From Planctomycetota bacterium (GTDB lineage: Bacteria > Planctomycetota > GCA-002687715 > DRQF01), in the NCBI GenBank assembly GCA_036479435.1, contig JAZGFI010000113.1, positions 1 through 64,000 of the forward strand: a stretch of 64,000 nucleotides of DNA, given 5' to 3'. The position numbers and the translations under genes are program-made. The notes beneath the pieces were generated by a model that was not told where the DNA came from, made no database searches, and saw nothing but the letters and a program-made list of their open reading frames with translations. Each line of letters opens with the position of its first letter. The stretch's first letter is position 1. This document shows positions 37,471-46,751 of the stretch, in pieces.

Positions 37471-39339
37471 ATGTTCGCAAGTCAGTTCCGGGTCACGAAC
37501 CTGGACTTCATCGGGCGTCTGCTCGTCGTGATTTTGGTCGCGTGGCTCGCGGCCCCGTCGATCTCAGCTCAGCAGCGCGAAGGCGTTTCGTTGGGCGGTA
37601 GTCCTCGGCAAGAATTTACCGACACGCGCATCACCTTAAACGTCAAGAACCACCCCCTGTCGGAAGTGATCGACTACATCAAAAAGCGCGCCCGGGTGAA
37701 CATCATCCTCGCGAAGGATGTCGACATCTCGACGCAAGTGACGGTGGAGTTCGACAAGATCGCATTCGAAGAGGCGATTCGCATCGTTGGCGAGGACGCT
37801 CAGTGCGTCGTCGTCAAGCGGGCGGCCAATCTCTTCATTCTCGAACAACCCGTTCGCATCAGCTGGAAGTTCGAAAGCGCTCCCATCACTGCGGTTATCG
37901 AGGCGATTGGAAAGCTGTCCGGGGCCTCGATTGTGGCCTCGGGCGATGTCACCGGCAACGTCAATCTCACTTTGAACGATGTGCCTTGGCGCGTCGCTCT
38001 CGACACCGCGGCGAAGTCTTTGGGCTACGTCGTCGTCGAAGAGGATTGGGGCGTGCTTCAGATCGTTCACCCCTCGAAGCTGAGGGAACAGCTCGAAAGC
38101 CGCATGTTCCAGCTTAAGTACGTGAGACCGCCCGCGGTCTATCGTCCCAAGATCGACACCGAATACGCCGTTGGCAAGCCCACGGCTCCGAACCAAGACC
38201 CCGAGCAGAGCTTTTCACTGCTAAAGGCTCTTCGTTCTACCCTTAGCGAGAACGGCTCACTAGAATACGTCTCCGAGCACAACGTGGTGATTGTCAAAGA
38301 CGTCGCCCCCGTGATTGATCAGATCGGTCGCCTCATCAGCGAGATCGACCAGGAGCCGGCCCAGGTTTTCGTCGACGTCAAATTTGTGACGACGACGAAT
38401 ACTGACGCTCTCTCCTACGGTGTCGACATCGGTAGTGACGGTTTCGCCGCCGGCCTGACCGGCTCGGCTATCGCCTCGCGTTTGCCCTTTAGCGTCGGCA
38501 GCGAAGGCTTCGGCGTGTTGCCGAGCGCCAATGGTGCGCAAGGTGGCAGCAACGGTATTCCGGGGTTCAACGATGGCGACCTCGCCGCGACGACGACTTT
38601 CGGCCGGCTCGACTTTACCCAGGCCAGCTTTACTTTGAAGCTCCTGGAGCAAGATGCGCATTCCCGCATCTTCCAGGCGCCGAAGTTGATTGCCTTGGAC
38701 AACCAGGAAGCGACGATCTTTGTCGGCCGCACGATTCGTTTCGCGCAGACCGAAGCTGAACAGGGTCAGGCCGGCGGCTTGACTTTCAGCATCAAAGAAG
38801 CAGCGAACTCTCCGGTGCAGACTGGTTTTCAGCTCTTCCTCGTGCCGCACGTTGTGCCGGGTACGAACAAGATCATGATGACCGTCATTCCCGAAGCGGA
38901 ACAACTTGTCGGTACCAGCACCAACCCCAATGTGCCCGTCGGCTTCGACGAGTTCGTCAGTGGCGAAGGTACTGCGAATGAAGTTCGCATCGCCTTGCCG
39001 CAGGTGGCGAGTAGCACCCTGGTCACCACCATGATGCTCGAAAGCGGTGAAACCGCCGTCATCGGTGGCCTCATCACCGAAAGCGAAACGAGTCGGGTCA
39101 ACAAGCTCCCCATTTTGGGTGACATCCCGATCCTCAACTTCTTTTTCCGTCATGAAGAACGCACCCGGACCCGCGAGAGCCTGATCATCTTCATCACGCC
39201 GCGTATCATTCGCGATTCGACGGCCGTCGAACAGCTCATCCGCGAGGAAGACCTGCGTCGCCGCAAGTTGATCGAGAGTGAAGTGGAACGGATCTTCGGC
39301 GAAAACGAAGGCATCGAGCCGGCGATGGACACCAACTAA
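37471..39339 (+). CDS. pilQ: Secretin (PilQ/GspD family)
   Basis: N0-type domains, PAQVFVDVKF, APKLIALDNQEA, GETAVIGGL, KLPILGDIPIL and IFITPRII motifs. Confidence 0.9.
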   Translation: MFASQFRVTNLDFIGRLLVVILVAWLAAPSISAQQREGVSLGGSPRQEFTDTRITLNVKNHPLSEVIDYIKKRARVNIILAKDVDISTQVTVEFDKIAFEEAIRIVGEDAQCVVVKRAANLFILEQPVRISWKFESAPITAVIEAIGKLSGASIVASGDVTGNVNLTLNDVPWRVALDTAAKSLGYVVVEEDWGVLQIVHPSKLREQLESRMFQLKYVRPPAVYRPKIDTEYAVGKPTAPNQDPEQSFSLLKALRSTLSENGSLEYVSEHNVVIVKDVAPVIDQIGRLISEIDQEPAQVFVDVKFVTTTNTDALSYGVDIGSDGFAAGLTGSAIASRLPFSVGSEGFGVLPSANGAQGGSNGIPGFNDGDLAATTTFGRLDFTQASFTLKLLEQDAHSRIFQAPKLIALDNQEATIFVGRTIRFAQTEAEQGQAGGLTFSIKEAANSPVQTGFQLFLVPHVVPGTNKIMMTVIPEAEQLVGTSTNPNVPVGFDEFVSGEGTANEVRIALPQVASSTLVTTMMLESGETAVIGGLITESETSRVNKLPILGDIPILNFFFRHEERTRTRESLIIFITPRIIRDSTAVEQLIREEDLRRRKLIESEVERIFGENEGIEPAMDTN

Positions 39340-39365
39340 TTCCAAACCCTGGAATTGTGAACTCT

Positions 39366-39408
39366 GCGCGCTTGAGTATCAATACGGTACTCAAGCGCGC
39401 TGTTTTTT
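39366..39408 (+). terminator. Intrinsic terminator after pilQ
   Basis: 15-bp stem GCGCGCTTGAGTATC/GGTACTCAAGCGCGC followed by TGTTTTTT. Confidence 0.85.
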
Positions 39409-39948
39409 GGTGCAAGTGTCAGGCGAGCGCTGGGGGGTCCGGCTTGGATCGCAACGATGAGTCGTAGTGGCTGCCGAGAGTGTCGACGATCAAGATGATG
39501 CGATCTTCATCGCTCGGATTGAGGGCGGCGTGTTGGTGGATCGTGTTGAAGAAACTGATGTCGTCTCTTTGCTTTGCAGGCTGCCCGTTACGACTCGGGC
39601 CGGGGCGTCGTCGCCAAGCCCTCCCCATAGAGCCCCTGAAAGCGTAGATTCTTGCTATTGAGCCGCCGCCCGGCCTCTCCCGCGAAGATCCAGCCTCTAT
39701 ATCTGGCGCTCGGCGGCGAATTTTCGTAAGAACTTGCCAGGGGAGGCCTTGCTGGCGTTTAGGCGCCGTGAGCTTAACCCCACCAGACAAACCGCTTTCG
39801 CTCGTTGGGGCGGCGAGTTGGCAGCAGCCAATTCTCCCTCGGGGCGAGACGGCCCGCGCCGGTCCGCAACAAAAGCGAATCGGACTGAGACAAACAAACA
39901 ATCAAGGCGCGCCATGGCGACCTGCGGTCGCGGCGCGAACGTGCCACG

Positions 39949-41442
39949 ATGGAGCAACGAATCTTCATCAACGCTCAGGATCCAGAAGAGATCCGGATCG
40001 CCCTCACCGAAGACGGCGTACTCCAGGAATTCTTCATCGACCGGGCGGCGAATGAATCTTATCTCGGAAACATCTACAAGGGCGTCGTCACTAACGTCGA
40101 GCCCTCGATCGGAGCGGCCTTCGTCGACTTCGGCGGAGATCGCAATGGCTTTCTCCATGTGTCAGATGTTCTTCCCATTTATCGTCAGAACAACCGGACG
40201 GTTCCGGATACTCCCGTCAACCGACGCGAGCATCTGAACATTCAAGAGTACCTGGCCAAGGGTCAAGAAGTCTTGGTGCAGATCACCAAAGACGGCATTG
40301 GCAAAAAGGGCCCGACGCTCACGACCTACTTGTCGATACCAGGTCGCTACTTGGTGTTGATGCCGAGTTTGAGTCGCTCGGGTGTTTCCAAGAAAATCGA
40401 AGACCGTGAAGAACGGTCTCGGCTCAAAAAGGTCCTCGCCAAGATCGACCCGCCGCCCGGAATGGGCTACATCATCCGCACCGCGGGCGTCGGGCAAGAC
40501 ATCGGCGACATCATTCGCGACCTCGAATACCTGTTGAAGTTGTGGAACACCATCGTGAAGCGCGTTCGTAGTGAGCGAGCGCCGGCGCCGATTTACCAGG
40601 AATCAGACGCCGTTATTCGCACGATTCGCGACACTTTTTCGCCGCGCGTCAAAGAGGTGTTGGTCGACCACGATCTCACCTGCAAAAAAGCTCAGGACTT
40701 TGTGCGCGCCGTCATGCCGACCTGTGTTGATCGCATCAAACTCTACGAGGGCAAGCAGCCCTTGTTTCACAAGTTCAAACTTGAAGACGAAATCGAGCGT
40801 CTCTTTCACCGCAAAGTCAACCTGAAGAGCGGGGGGTCGATTGTGATCGACCCGACGGAAGCTCTCGTGGCGATCGACGTCAACTCGGGCAAGAACCGCG
40901 GCGAAGATGACCTTGAAGAAACGGCTTTTCGGACAAACCTTGAGGCCGCCGAGGAGATTGCTCGGCAACTGCGCCTACGGGACCTTGGCGGCGTCATCAT
41001 TAACGACTTCATCGATATGCAAGACGACAATCACAAACGCGAGCTTGAGAGGTCGTTTAAGCGTGCCTTTGAGCGCGACAAGGTCCGGCTGAAGATCGCC
41101 CGTATCTCTCACTTTGGAATGGTCGAGATGACGCGGCAGCGGGTAGGGCAGAGCCTTCATCGCAACAACGCGTCGATTTGCCCTCACTGCCGGGGCGGTG
41201 GCATCATTCGCAACGTCGACAGCGTCGGGCTGAAGATCATGCGCGAAGTCGCCAACGTCTTCGCCAACAACAAAGCGAAGCGAATCGTGGTGCGGGCCAA
41301 CAATCGGGTCGCTGACTTCATGAAGCGCAACAAAAGAGATCGGCTCGAGATCATCGAGCGTACCTACAAGCGCCCGATATCGATCAACGGAGATGCCAGT
41401 TTCGGGGTGGAGGAGTACGAGCTGAAACGGCTCGACTCCTAG
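39949..41442 (+). CDS. rng: Ribonuclease E/G family (RNase G-sized, no long C-terminal scaffold)
   Basis: GNIYKG, AAFVDFG, DVNSG, LRDLGGVIINDFIDM and CPHCRG motifs. Confidence 0.92.
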   Translation: MEQRIFINAQDPEEIRIALTEDGVLQEFFIDRAANESYLGNIYKGVVTNVEPSIGAAFVDFGGDRNGFLHVSDVLPIYRQNNRTVPDTPVNRREHLNIQEYLAKGQEVLVQITKDGIGKKGPTLTTYLSIPGRYLVLMPSLSRSGVSKKIEDREERSRLKKVLAKIDPPPGMGYIIRTAGVGQDIGDIIRDLEYLLKLWNTIVKRVRSERAPAPIYQESDAVIRTIRDTFSPRVKEVLVDHDLTCKKAQDFVRAVMPTCVDRIKLYEGKQPLFHKFKLEDEIERLFHRKVNLKSGGSIVIDPTEALVAIDVNSGKNRGEDDLEETAFRTNLEAAEEIARQLRLRDLGGVIINDFIDMQDDNHKRELERSFKRAFERDKVRLKIARISHFGMVEMTRQRVGQSLHRNNASICPHCRGGGIIRNVDSVGLKIMREVANVFANNKAKRIVVRANNRVADFMKRNKRDRLEIIERTYKRPISINGDASFGVEEYELKRLDS

Positions 41443-41499
41443 GCGCGCCCCCTTCGGCCTAAACCCCGATAGGGCTAGGGTTCGTGGCGCGTCGTTACC

Positions 41500-41536
41500 T
41501 TGAAGGCGAGGGCCTTCGCGCTATTATGCGCCTCCC
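41500..41536 (+). promoter_or_regulatory. Putative sigma70 promoter of rplU-rpmA-obgE with a GC-rich discriminator
   Basis: TTGAAG-N16-TATTAT followed by GCGCCTCCC. Confidence 0.5.
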
Positions 41537-41651
41537 ATGATGGGGCTCTGGGCTGACCTGATGGTTCAGCTGGCCTCAATACGACACACAAAAGAGGCTT
41601 AAGCCTCAACAAGCAAGAGGCTTAGGCCTCGATCAGCGAGGAGTTAGGGTC

Positions 41652-41960
41652 ATGTACGCGATTGTCCACGACGGCGGCCACCAGTATCGGGTGGAGCCCG
41701 GCCAGGTCTGCGAAGTTCAGTTGAAGGACACCCCGGTCGGTGAATCCCTGACTTTTAGCCAAGTTTCCTTCATCGGCGGTGACAACCCGCAAATCGGCCA
41801 GCCCTACGTGAGTGGGGCGAGCGTCAGTGCGACAGTCTTGGCGGAAACGCGAGGCAAAAAGCTGGTCGTCCGTCACTTTAGACGCCGCAAGGATTCGCGC
41901 ACCAAGGCGGGACACCGCCAAAAGTACACCCAAATCAGAATTGACTCCATCGACGCTTAA
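41652..41960 (+). CDS. rplU: 50S ribosomal protein L21
   Basis: MYAIV..GGHQYRV...GHRQKYT. Confidence 0.97.
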   Translation: MYAIVHDGGHQYRVEPGQVCEVQLKDTPVGESLTFSQVSFIGGDNPQIGQPYVSGASVSATVLAETRGKKLVVRHFRRRKDSRTKAGHRQKYTQIRIDSIDA

Positions 41961-42002
41961 GGCGTCGATTCAGAAACGATGCGTAAGGCGTCGATTCAGA
42001 AG
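41951..42002 (+). repeat. Tandem 26-bp imperfect duplication; each unit is a hairpin
   Basis: CGACGCTTAAGGCGTCGATTCAGAAA / CGATGCGTAAGGCGTCGATTCAGAAG. Confidence 0.85.
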
Positions 42003-42083
42003 CAAAACAAGACACAAGAACGCCCCAGTTCCTCGCGACTGCGAGACCTCGGGCCTTTGATTGAAACAGGGAGAGCCTAAGGC

Positions 42084-42329
42084 ATGGCACATAAAAAGGG
42101 ACAGGGTGCGTCGCGCAACAACCGCGACAGTAATCCTCAGTATCGCGGCGTCAAAAAGTACGGCGGCGAAAAAGTAAGTCCTGGCCACATCATCATCCGC
42201 CAATGCGGAACGAAATTTCACCCCGGTAAGAACGTCGGTCTCGGCCGCGACTTCACGATTTTCGCCCTGATTGAGGGAACAGTGAAGTTCGAAACGCGGC
42301 GCCGCGTCAGCGTCATCGCCGCCAACTAA
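42084..42329 (+). CDS. rpmA: 50S ribosomal protein L27
   Basis: [14 protein letters not shown]...[11 protein letters not shown]. Confidence 0.97.
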   Translation: MAHKKGQGASRNNRDSNPQYRGVKKYGGEKVSPGHIIIRQCGTKFHPGKNVGLGRDFTIFALIEGTVKFETRRRVSVIAAN

Positions 42330-42431
42330 TTCGCAAGACTCTCCGGCCTAAGCCGGCGAGATTTGGAGAGCGATTGGGCCGGAGTGTCGTCCCGTGTTTT
42401 TCGGTGACGCCCCGGATTCCCCGTTCCATTC

Positions 42432-43430
42432 ATGTTCAAAGATCACGCCGTTATTTATGTAAGCGCTGGCAAGGGCGGCAATGGTGCTATTTCGTTTCGA
42501 CGCGAAAAGTACGTACCCGCCGGCGGCCCTGATGGTGGCAACGGTGGCCATGGTGGCAGCGTCTATCTCGTCGCAGACGGCCAGGAATCCACCCTCATCT
42601 CGCAAGTGCGCAATCCCCATGTTCGCGCCGAAAACGGCGTTCACGGTCAGGGTCGAGATTGCCACGGTCGCCGGGGTGAAGATAGCGTCATCAAAGTTCC
42701 TATCGGTACTCTCGTTTTTGACAAGAATGACGAGACGATGCTCCGCGACCTGAAGAATGAGGGCGATCGCGTCTGTGTCGCCAAAGGTGGCCGCGGCGGG
42801 TTTGGCAACGAGCACTTCAAGTCGTCCTCCAACCAGACACCGCGGCAGGCGAATCCTGGCTCGTCCGGTGAGAGCCGCACCTTGCGTTTGGAGCTCAAGC
42901 TCATCGCGGACGTCGGTTTGGTGGGTCTCCCCAACGCCGGCAAGTCGACCTTTATCTCCAAGGTGTCGGCCGCCCACCCCAAGGTTGCAGATTACCCGTT
43001 CACGACCCTCGATCCTCACCCTGGCATCGTCGAGATGTCGGGCTTCCGGCGATTCGTGATGATGGACATCCCCGGTCTTATCGAGGGCGCGGCCGTCGGC
43101 CAGGGACTCGGGCACCGCTTTTTGAAACATGTCGAGCGTACGCGGGCGTTGGTTCACCTCGTCGACATGGCGCCCATGGACGAGTCCGATCCCGTTGAGG
43201 CCTTTCGCACGATCGTTGCGGAACTTGAGCGTTACTCGCCCGCCTTGGCAAAAAAGCCGCGCCTTACGGTCTTCAGCAAGGCCGACCTTGTTGCTGATCC
43301 CGTGGCTCGAGCCGCTGAACTCGCCGCCGAAATGGGCGTCGAAGCCTACGCGGTGTCATCGGCCACAGGTTTCAACGTCGAACGACTTCTCGAAGACATC
43401 TGGGTCATGATCAAGCCCGAGTCAGAATAG
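42432..43430 (+). CDS. obgE: GTPase ObgE/CgtA
   Basis: Gly-rich Obg domain, GLPNAGKST, YPFTT and DIPG motifs. Confidence 0.97.
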   Translation: MFKDHAVIYVSAGKGGNGAISFRREKYVPAGGPDGGNGGHGGSVYLVADGQESTLISQVRNPHVRAENGVHGQGRDCHGRRGEDSVIKVPIGTLVFDKNDETMLRDLKNEGDRVCVAKGGRGGFGNEHFKSSSNQTPRQANPGSSGESRTLRLELKLIADVGLVGLPNAGKSTFISKVSAAHPKVADYPFTTLDPHPGIVEMSGFRRFVMMDIPGLIEGAAVGQGLGHRFLKHVERTRALVHLVDMAPMDESDPVEAFRTIVAELERYSPALAKKPRLTVFSKADLVADPVARAAELAAEMGVEAYAVSSATGFNVERLLEDIWVMIKPESE

Positions 43431-43487
43431 GCGAACCAGTCAAGTTGACGAGCTCTCACGGTCGATAAGCGCCGGGAGAACCATATC

Positions 43488-44588
43488 GTGCTCGATTTCG
43501 AAAAGATCTTGAAGATGGCCGTGGCGGCGAACGCTTCGGATGTCATTTTGCGCACCGGCAGCCAACCTGCGATGAAAGTTTCAGGCAAGGTACTGTTCCT
43601 TGACGAGGACACGATCGAGGGCGGCGAGGCCTACACGGTTGCCCAAAAAATCGTCGGCAGCAACCTCATGGAAAAGTATGAGGAAATCGGCGAGATCGAC
43701 TGTGCTTATCACTCCGGGCTAAACGGTCGCTTTCGCGTCAACCTCTTTCGCCAAGGGGGTGAGGTGGGGATGGTCTTGCGTCAGATTCAAGCCAACATCC
43801 CGAGCTTTGCGTCCTTGCACTTGCCCGCAGATCAATTCAACCATCTCGCATCTATCGACCGTGGCATCGTTTTTGTCACGGGCGTCACCGGATCGGGTAA
43901 GTCGACGTCGTTGGCGGCCATCGTCAATGCCATCAACAACACGCGCAACAAGCACATTATTACGCTCGAAGACCCCGTCGAGTTCGCGTTCACCGACAAC
44001 CTTTCGATCATCAATCAACGCGAAGTCGGGACGGATACTCGTACTTTTGCCTCTGGCTTGCGCGCCGCGATGCGCGAGGCGCCCGACGTCATCATGGTGG
44101 GAGAAATTCGCGATTCGGAAACGATGTCCGCCGCGATCTCCGCCGCGGAAACCGGGCACCTGGTGCTGACGACCTTGCACACGGTCAACGCCATTCAAAC
44201 TGTCGAACGCATCCATACTTTCTTTGAGCCGCACCAACACGACTTGATCCGTTTGCAGCTGGCGTCGGTCTTGGTTGGTGTGGCCTCTCAGCGGCTTCTT
44301 CCCAACCAAAAAGACTCAGGGATGGTGCCGGCCGTCGAGCTTTTGTTGGCTACCCCTCGGGTCAAAGAGCTGATTTTTGAGGGTAAGACCCTGGAACTCG
44401 AGCGCGCCTTGACCGACGGTCAGGACTACTATGGCACCCAAACCTTCAACATGAGTCTCGTCAAACTCTACAACGATGGTCTGGTGAGCCTCGAGGATGC
44501 CCTCAATGCCTCCGACAAGCCGGACGACCTCAAATTGAGCCTTCGAGGCGTTCAAACCGGCGTCAGCGGAAGTCGCCTAACAATTTGA
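43488..44588 (+). CDS. PilT/PilU family retraction ATPase (paralogue, PilU-like)
   Basis: GVTGSGKST, EDPVE, GEIRD and TGHLVLTTLH; AIRNLIRE motif degenerate (RVKELIFE). Confidence 0.9.
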   Translation: MLDFEKILKMAVAANASDVILRTGSQPAMKVSGKVLFLDEDTIEGGEAYTVAQKIVGSNLMEKYEEIGEIDCAYHSGLNGRFRVNLFRQGGEVGMVLRQIQANIPSFASLHLPADQFNHLASIDRGIVFVTGVTGSGKSTSLAAIVNAINNTRNKHIITLEDPVEFAFTDNLSIINQREVGTDTRTFASGLRAAMREAPDVIMVGEIRDSETMSAAISAAETGHLVLTTLHTVNAIQTVERIHTFFEPHQHDLIRLQLASVLVGVASQRLLPNQKDSGMVPAVELLLATPRVKELIFEGKTLELERALTDGQDYYGTQTFNMSLVKLYNDGLVSLEDALNASDKPDDLKLSLRGVQTGVSGSRLTI

Positions 44589-44776
44589 AAGACGAACGCT
44601 GGTTCGTCGTCTCACTGCTGTTCGGGCCCGAAAAGCTGTTTTTCCGGGCCTGAGGGGATAGGATGTCCTCGAAGGGGTCGTAGACTTCGGCTGAGACGAA
44701 AGTCGGCCGCTACGAAAGACGGACCGATCGGGTCCTGGTCCCAAGCCAGCCCTGAGGCCCGAAGGAGAGCGACAAG

Positions 44777-45904
44777 ATGAAGATCACAACCCAGCGTACG
44801 CTGCTTTGGCTCGGCAACTTTATGGTCGCTGCGAGCCTTATCTTATTGGTCGTCCTCTTCGCGAAGAGTGCTAGTCGCAAGGCCATCGCCAAGTCCCGCA
44901 GAGCTACGCTCGTTGAGGTCAACGAAGGACTCGACGCGATCGAGAGCTTAGGCGACCAGGATGGCGGCCCCGGTAAGACGGGGGCTCGGCTGAAGGTCGT
45001 CAAGAAGGCCGACTTTTACTACATGGGCTACGTGGCCCCTGAGATTGTCGATACCACCAAAGGCAAACCTAAGCCGCCGGCCAAAGCTCCAGCCCTCGAC
45101 ACCCTCATCTCCCTGACCTATCTCGTGGCTCCGATCCGCGACAACTCGGGGCCCTTTGAGATCATCGATCTCGGCAAGGCCGCGGTAAAGATCAAGAACA
45201 TCGCGGGCAATGTTCACACCTTCCCTTACCAAGAGGGCGACATCATCGGGACGGGCGAGGGCGATTTCAGCGATGAAGATGCGGCCTTGAAGGAGCATGG
45301 CGGAGCCAAGATCTTGAAGATCGATGGCGACGGCATCGTGTGTCTGTGGGCCAAAGAAGAAGTGCGCGTCGACATCTTGCGGCGCGACGATCCCCAGGGC
45401 CTCAATATCCAAGGCACCGACGGCAAGTTTGTGGTCGGCGGCAAAGATAGCGGCAAGGGGGGCAAGTCCGGCTCCAAGCCAGAAGGCGCGATCGCTTCGA
45501 ATGTGAAACTGTTCGAGCTCAAGAAGTCGCGCGGCGTTCAAGATGTGGTGGCGCTCACGAAAGATGGTTGGGATACGCTCAACAAAGACGGCGATCGCAT
45601 CCTCGACGGCGTCACTTTTGAGAAAGCCAAGGACAACAAGGGCAAAAATGCCCTGAAAGTCTCGAAGATTCCGAGCCAACTCAAAGGTTACGGCCTGCAA
45701 GATGGCGACATCATCACGCGGATCGACGGCAAGGCCGTCACTTCGAAAGAGACCATCGCGCGTCACGTTCGAAAGACCTACAAGAACAAGAGCAGCTACC
45801 GCGTCACGATTCTTCGGAATGGCCGGCAGCGTTACATCAACGTCAGCGTTCCCCGTACCCTTAGAGGCAAAGCCAACCTCAGGAAACGATTTGGGAACCG
45901 ATAG
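44777..45904 (+). CDS. Membrane-anchored Lys-rich PDZ-domain protein (GspC-like architecture)
   Basis: N-terminal TM; C-terminal GLQDGDIITRIDG...VTILRNG PDZ motif. Confidence 0.7.
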   Translation: MKITTQRTLLWLGNFMVAASLILLVVLFAKSASRKAIAKSRRATLVEVNEGLDAIESLGDQDGGPGKTGARLKVVKKADFYYMGYVAPEIVDTTKGKPKPPAKAPALDTLISLTYLVAPIRDNSGPFEIIDLGKAAVKIKNIAGNVHTFPYQEGDIIGTGEGDFSDEDAALKEHGGAKILKIDGDGIVCLWAKEEVRVDILRRDDPQGLNIQGTDGKFVVGGKDSGKGGKSGSKPEGAIASNVKLFELKKSRGVQDVVALTKDGWDTLNKDGDRILDGVTFEKAKDNKGKNALKVSKIPSQLKGYGLQDGDIITRIDGKAVTSKETIARHVRKTYKNKSSYRVTILRNGRQRYINVSVPRTLRGKANLRKRFGNR

Positions 45905-45926
45905 CCTTTAGGCCTGAGGTCTCAAG

Positions 45927-46751
45927 GTGGCGGAGCCTACTGCGGTCACGGTCTACGGAGTGGACGTTGGGAATTCCCGCGTCAAGCTAGTTGAGATCCT
46001 AGCCTCAAAGGGCTCGAAGCCGTCACCACAAAGCCTTGGCTTGGGCAAGCATCGAACTTTTCTACGCGCCCCCACCGGATCTTGCCCCGGCGACGGCGAG
46101 CTTGATCAGCAACTCGTTCAGCAACTCGTTGCCAGTCTGTCTTTCCCGGCTCGCCTCCATCTGGTGAGTGTTGATCCCAAGCTCAACGAGCACATCCGTG
46201 AAGCGTTCCAAGATCAACCCGCTGAGTTGCTGTTTTGGGATAGCTACAATTTACCGCTCGAACACCCCTACGCCGATGCGTCTGAGCTAGGTGCCGACCG
46301 TCTGCTCGCGGCTTGGGCGTCCCACAAGCTCGTGGGGGGGCCCGTCATCGTCGTCGACGCTGGCACGGCTTTGACCGTCGACCTAGTCGACAAAGATGGG
46401 AGATTTGCCGGCGGTGCGATCGCACCTGGGCTCAGTTTGGCGGCAAGGTCTTTGGCGAGCGCGGGCGCGATGCTCGTCGACGTGGTTCCGGTTCCGCCGC
46501 TTGTGTATCCCGGTCAGTCTCGACGCGGCAGCTTGGAGGCGGGCTTGCTCGCGAGTTTTCTCGGCGGCGCGGAGCGCTTGGTTGATGAGGGAAGGCGTTG
46601 TGCCCCCGAAGCGAAACTCATGATCACCGGAGGCGACGGCGGGATCCTGGCCCAAGAATGGGCGGCGAGATTTCCCCAACTTCATCATGAACCGAAACTA
46701 CTCGAAATCGGTCTGGCCGAGCTCGAATGGCGGCAGCATGGCCAGGACTGA
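45927..46751 (+). CDS. coaX: Type III pantothenate kinase
   Basis: DVGNSRVK, LGADR, VDAGTALTVD, GGAIAPG and TGGD motifs. Confidence 0.92.
   Translation: MAEPTAVTVYGVDVGNSRVKLVEILASKGSKPSPQSLGLGKHRTFLRAPTGSCPGDGELDQQLVQQLVASLSFPARLHLVSVDPKLNEHIREAFQDQPAELLFWDSYNLPLEHPYADASELGADRLLAAWASHKLVGGPVIVVDAGTALTVDLVDKDGRFAGGAIAPGLSLAARSLASAGAMLVDVVPVPPLVYPGQSRRGSLEAGLLASFLGGAERLVDEGRRCAPEAKLMITGGDGGILAQEWAARFPQLHHEPKLLEIGLAELEWRQHGQD

Noticed and set aside
36045..39345. Long antisense ORFs (368 aa and 361 aa) opposite pilO and pilQ, and similar shadow ORFs across the window
   Set aside because: No recognisable motifs; expected from codon bias in GC-rich genes.
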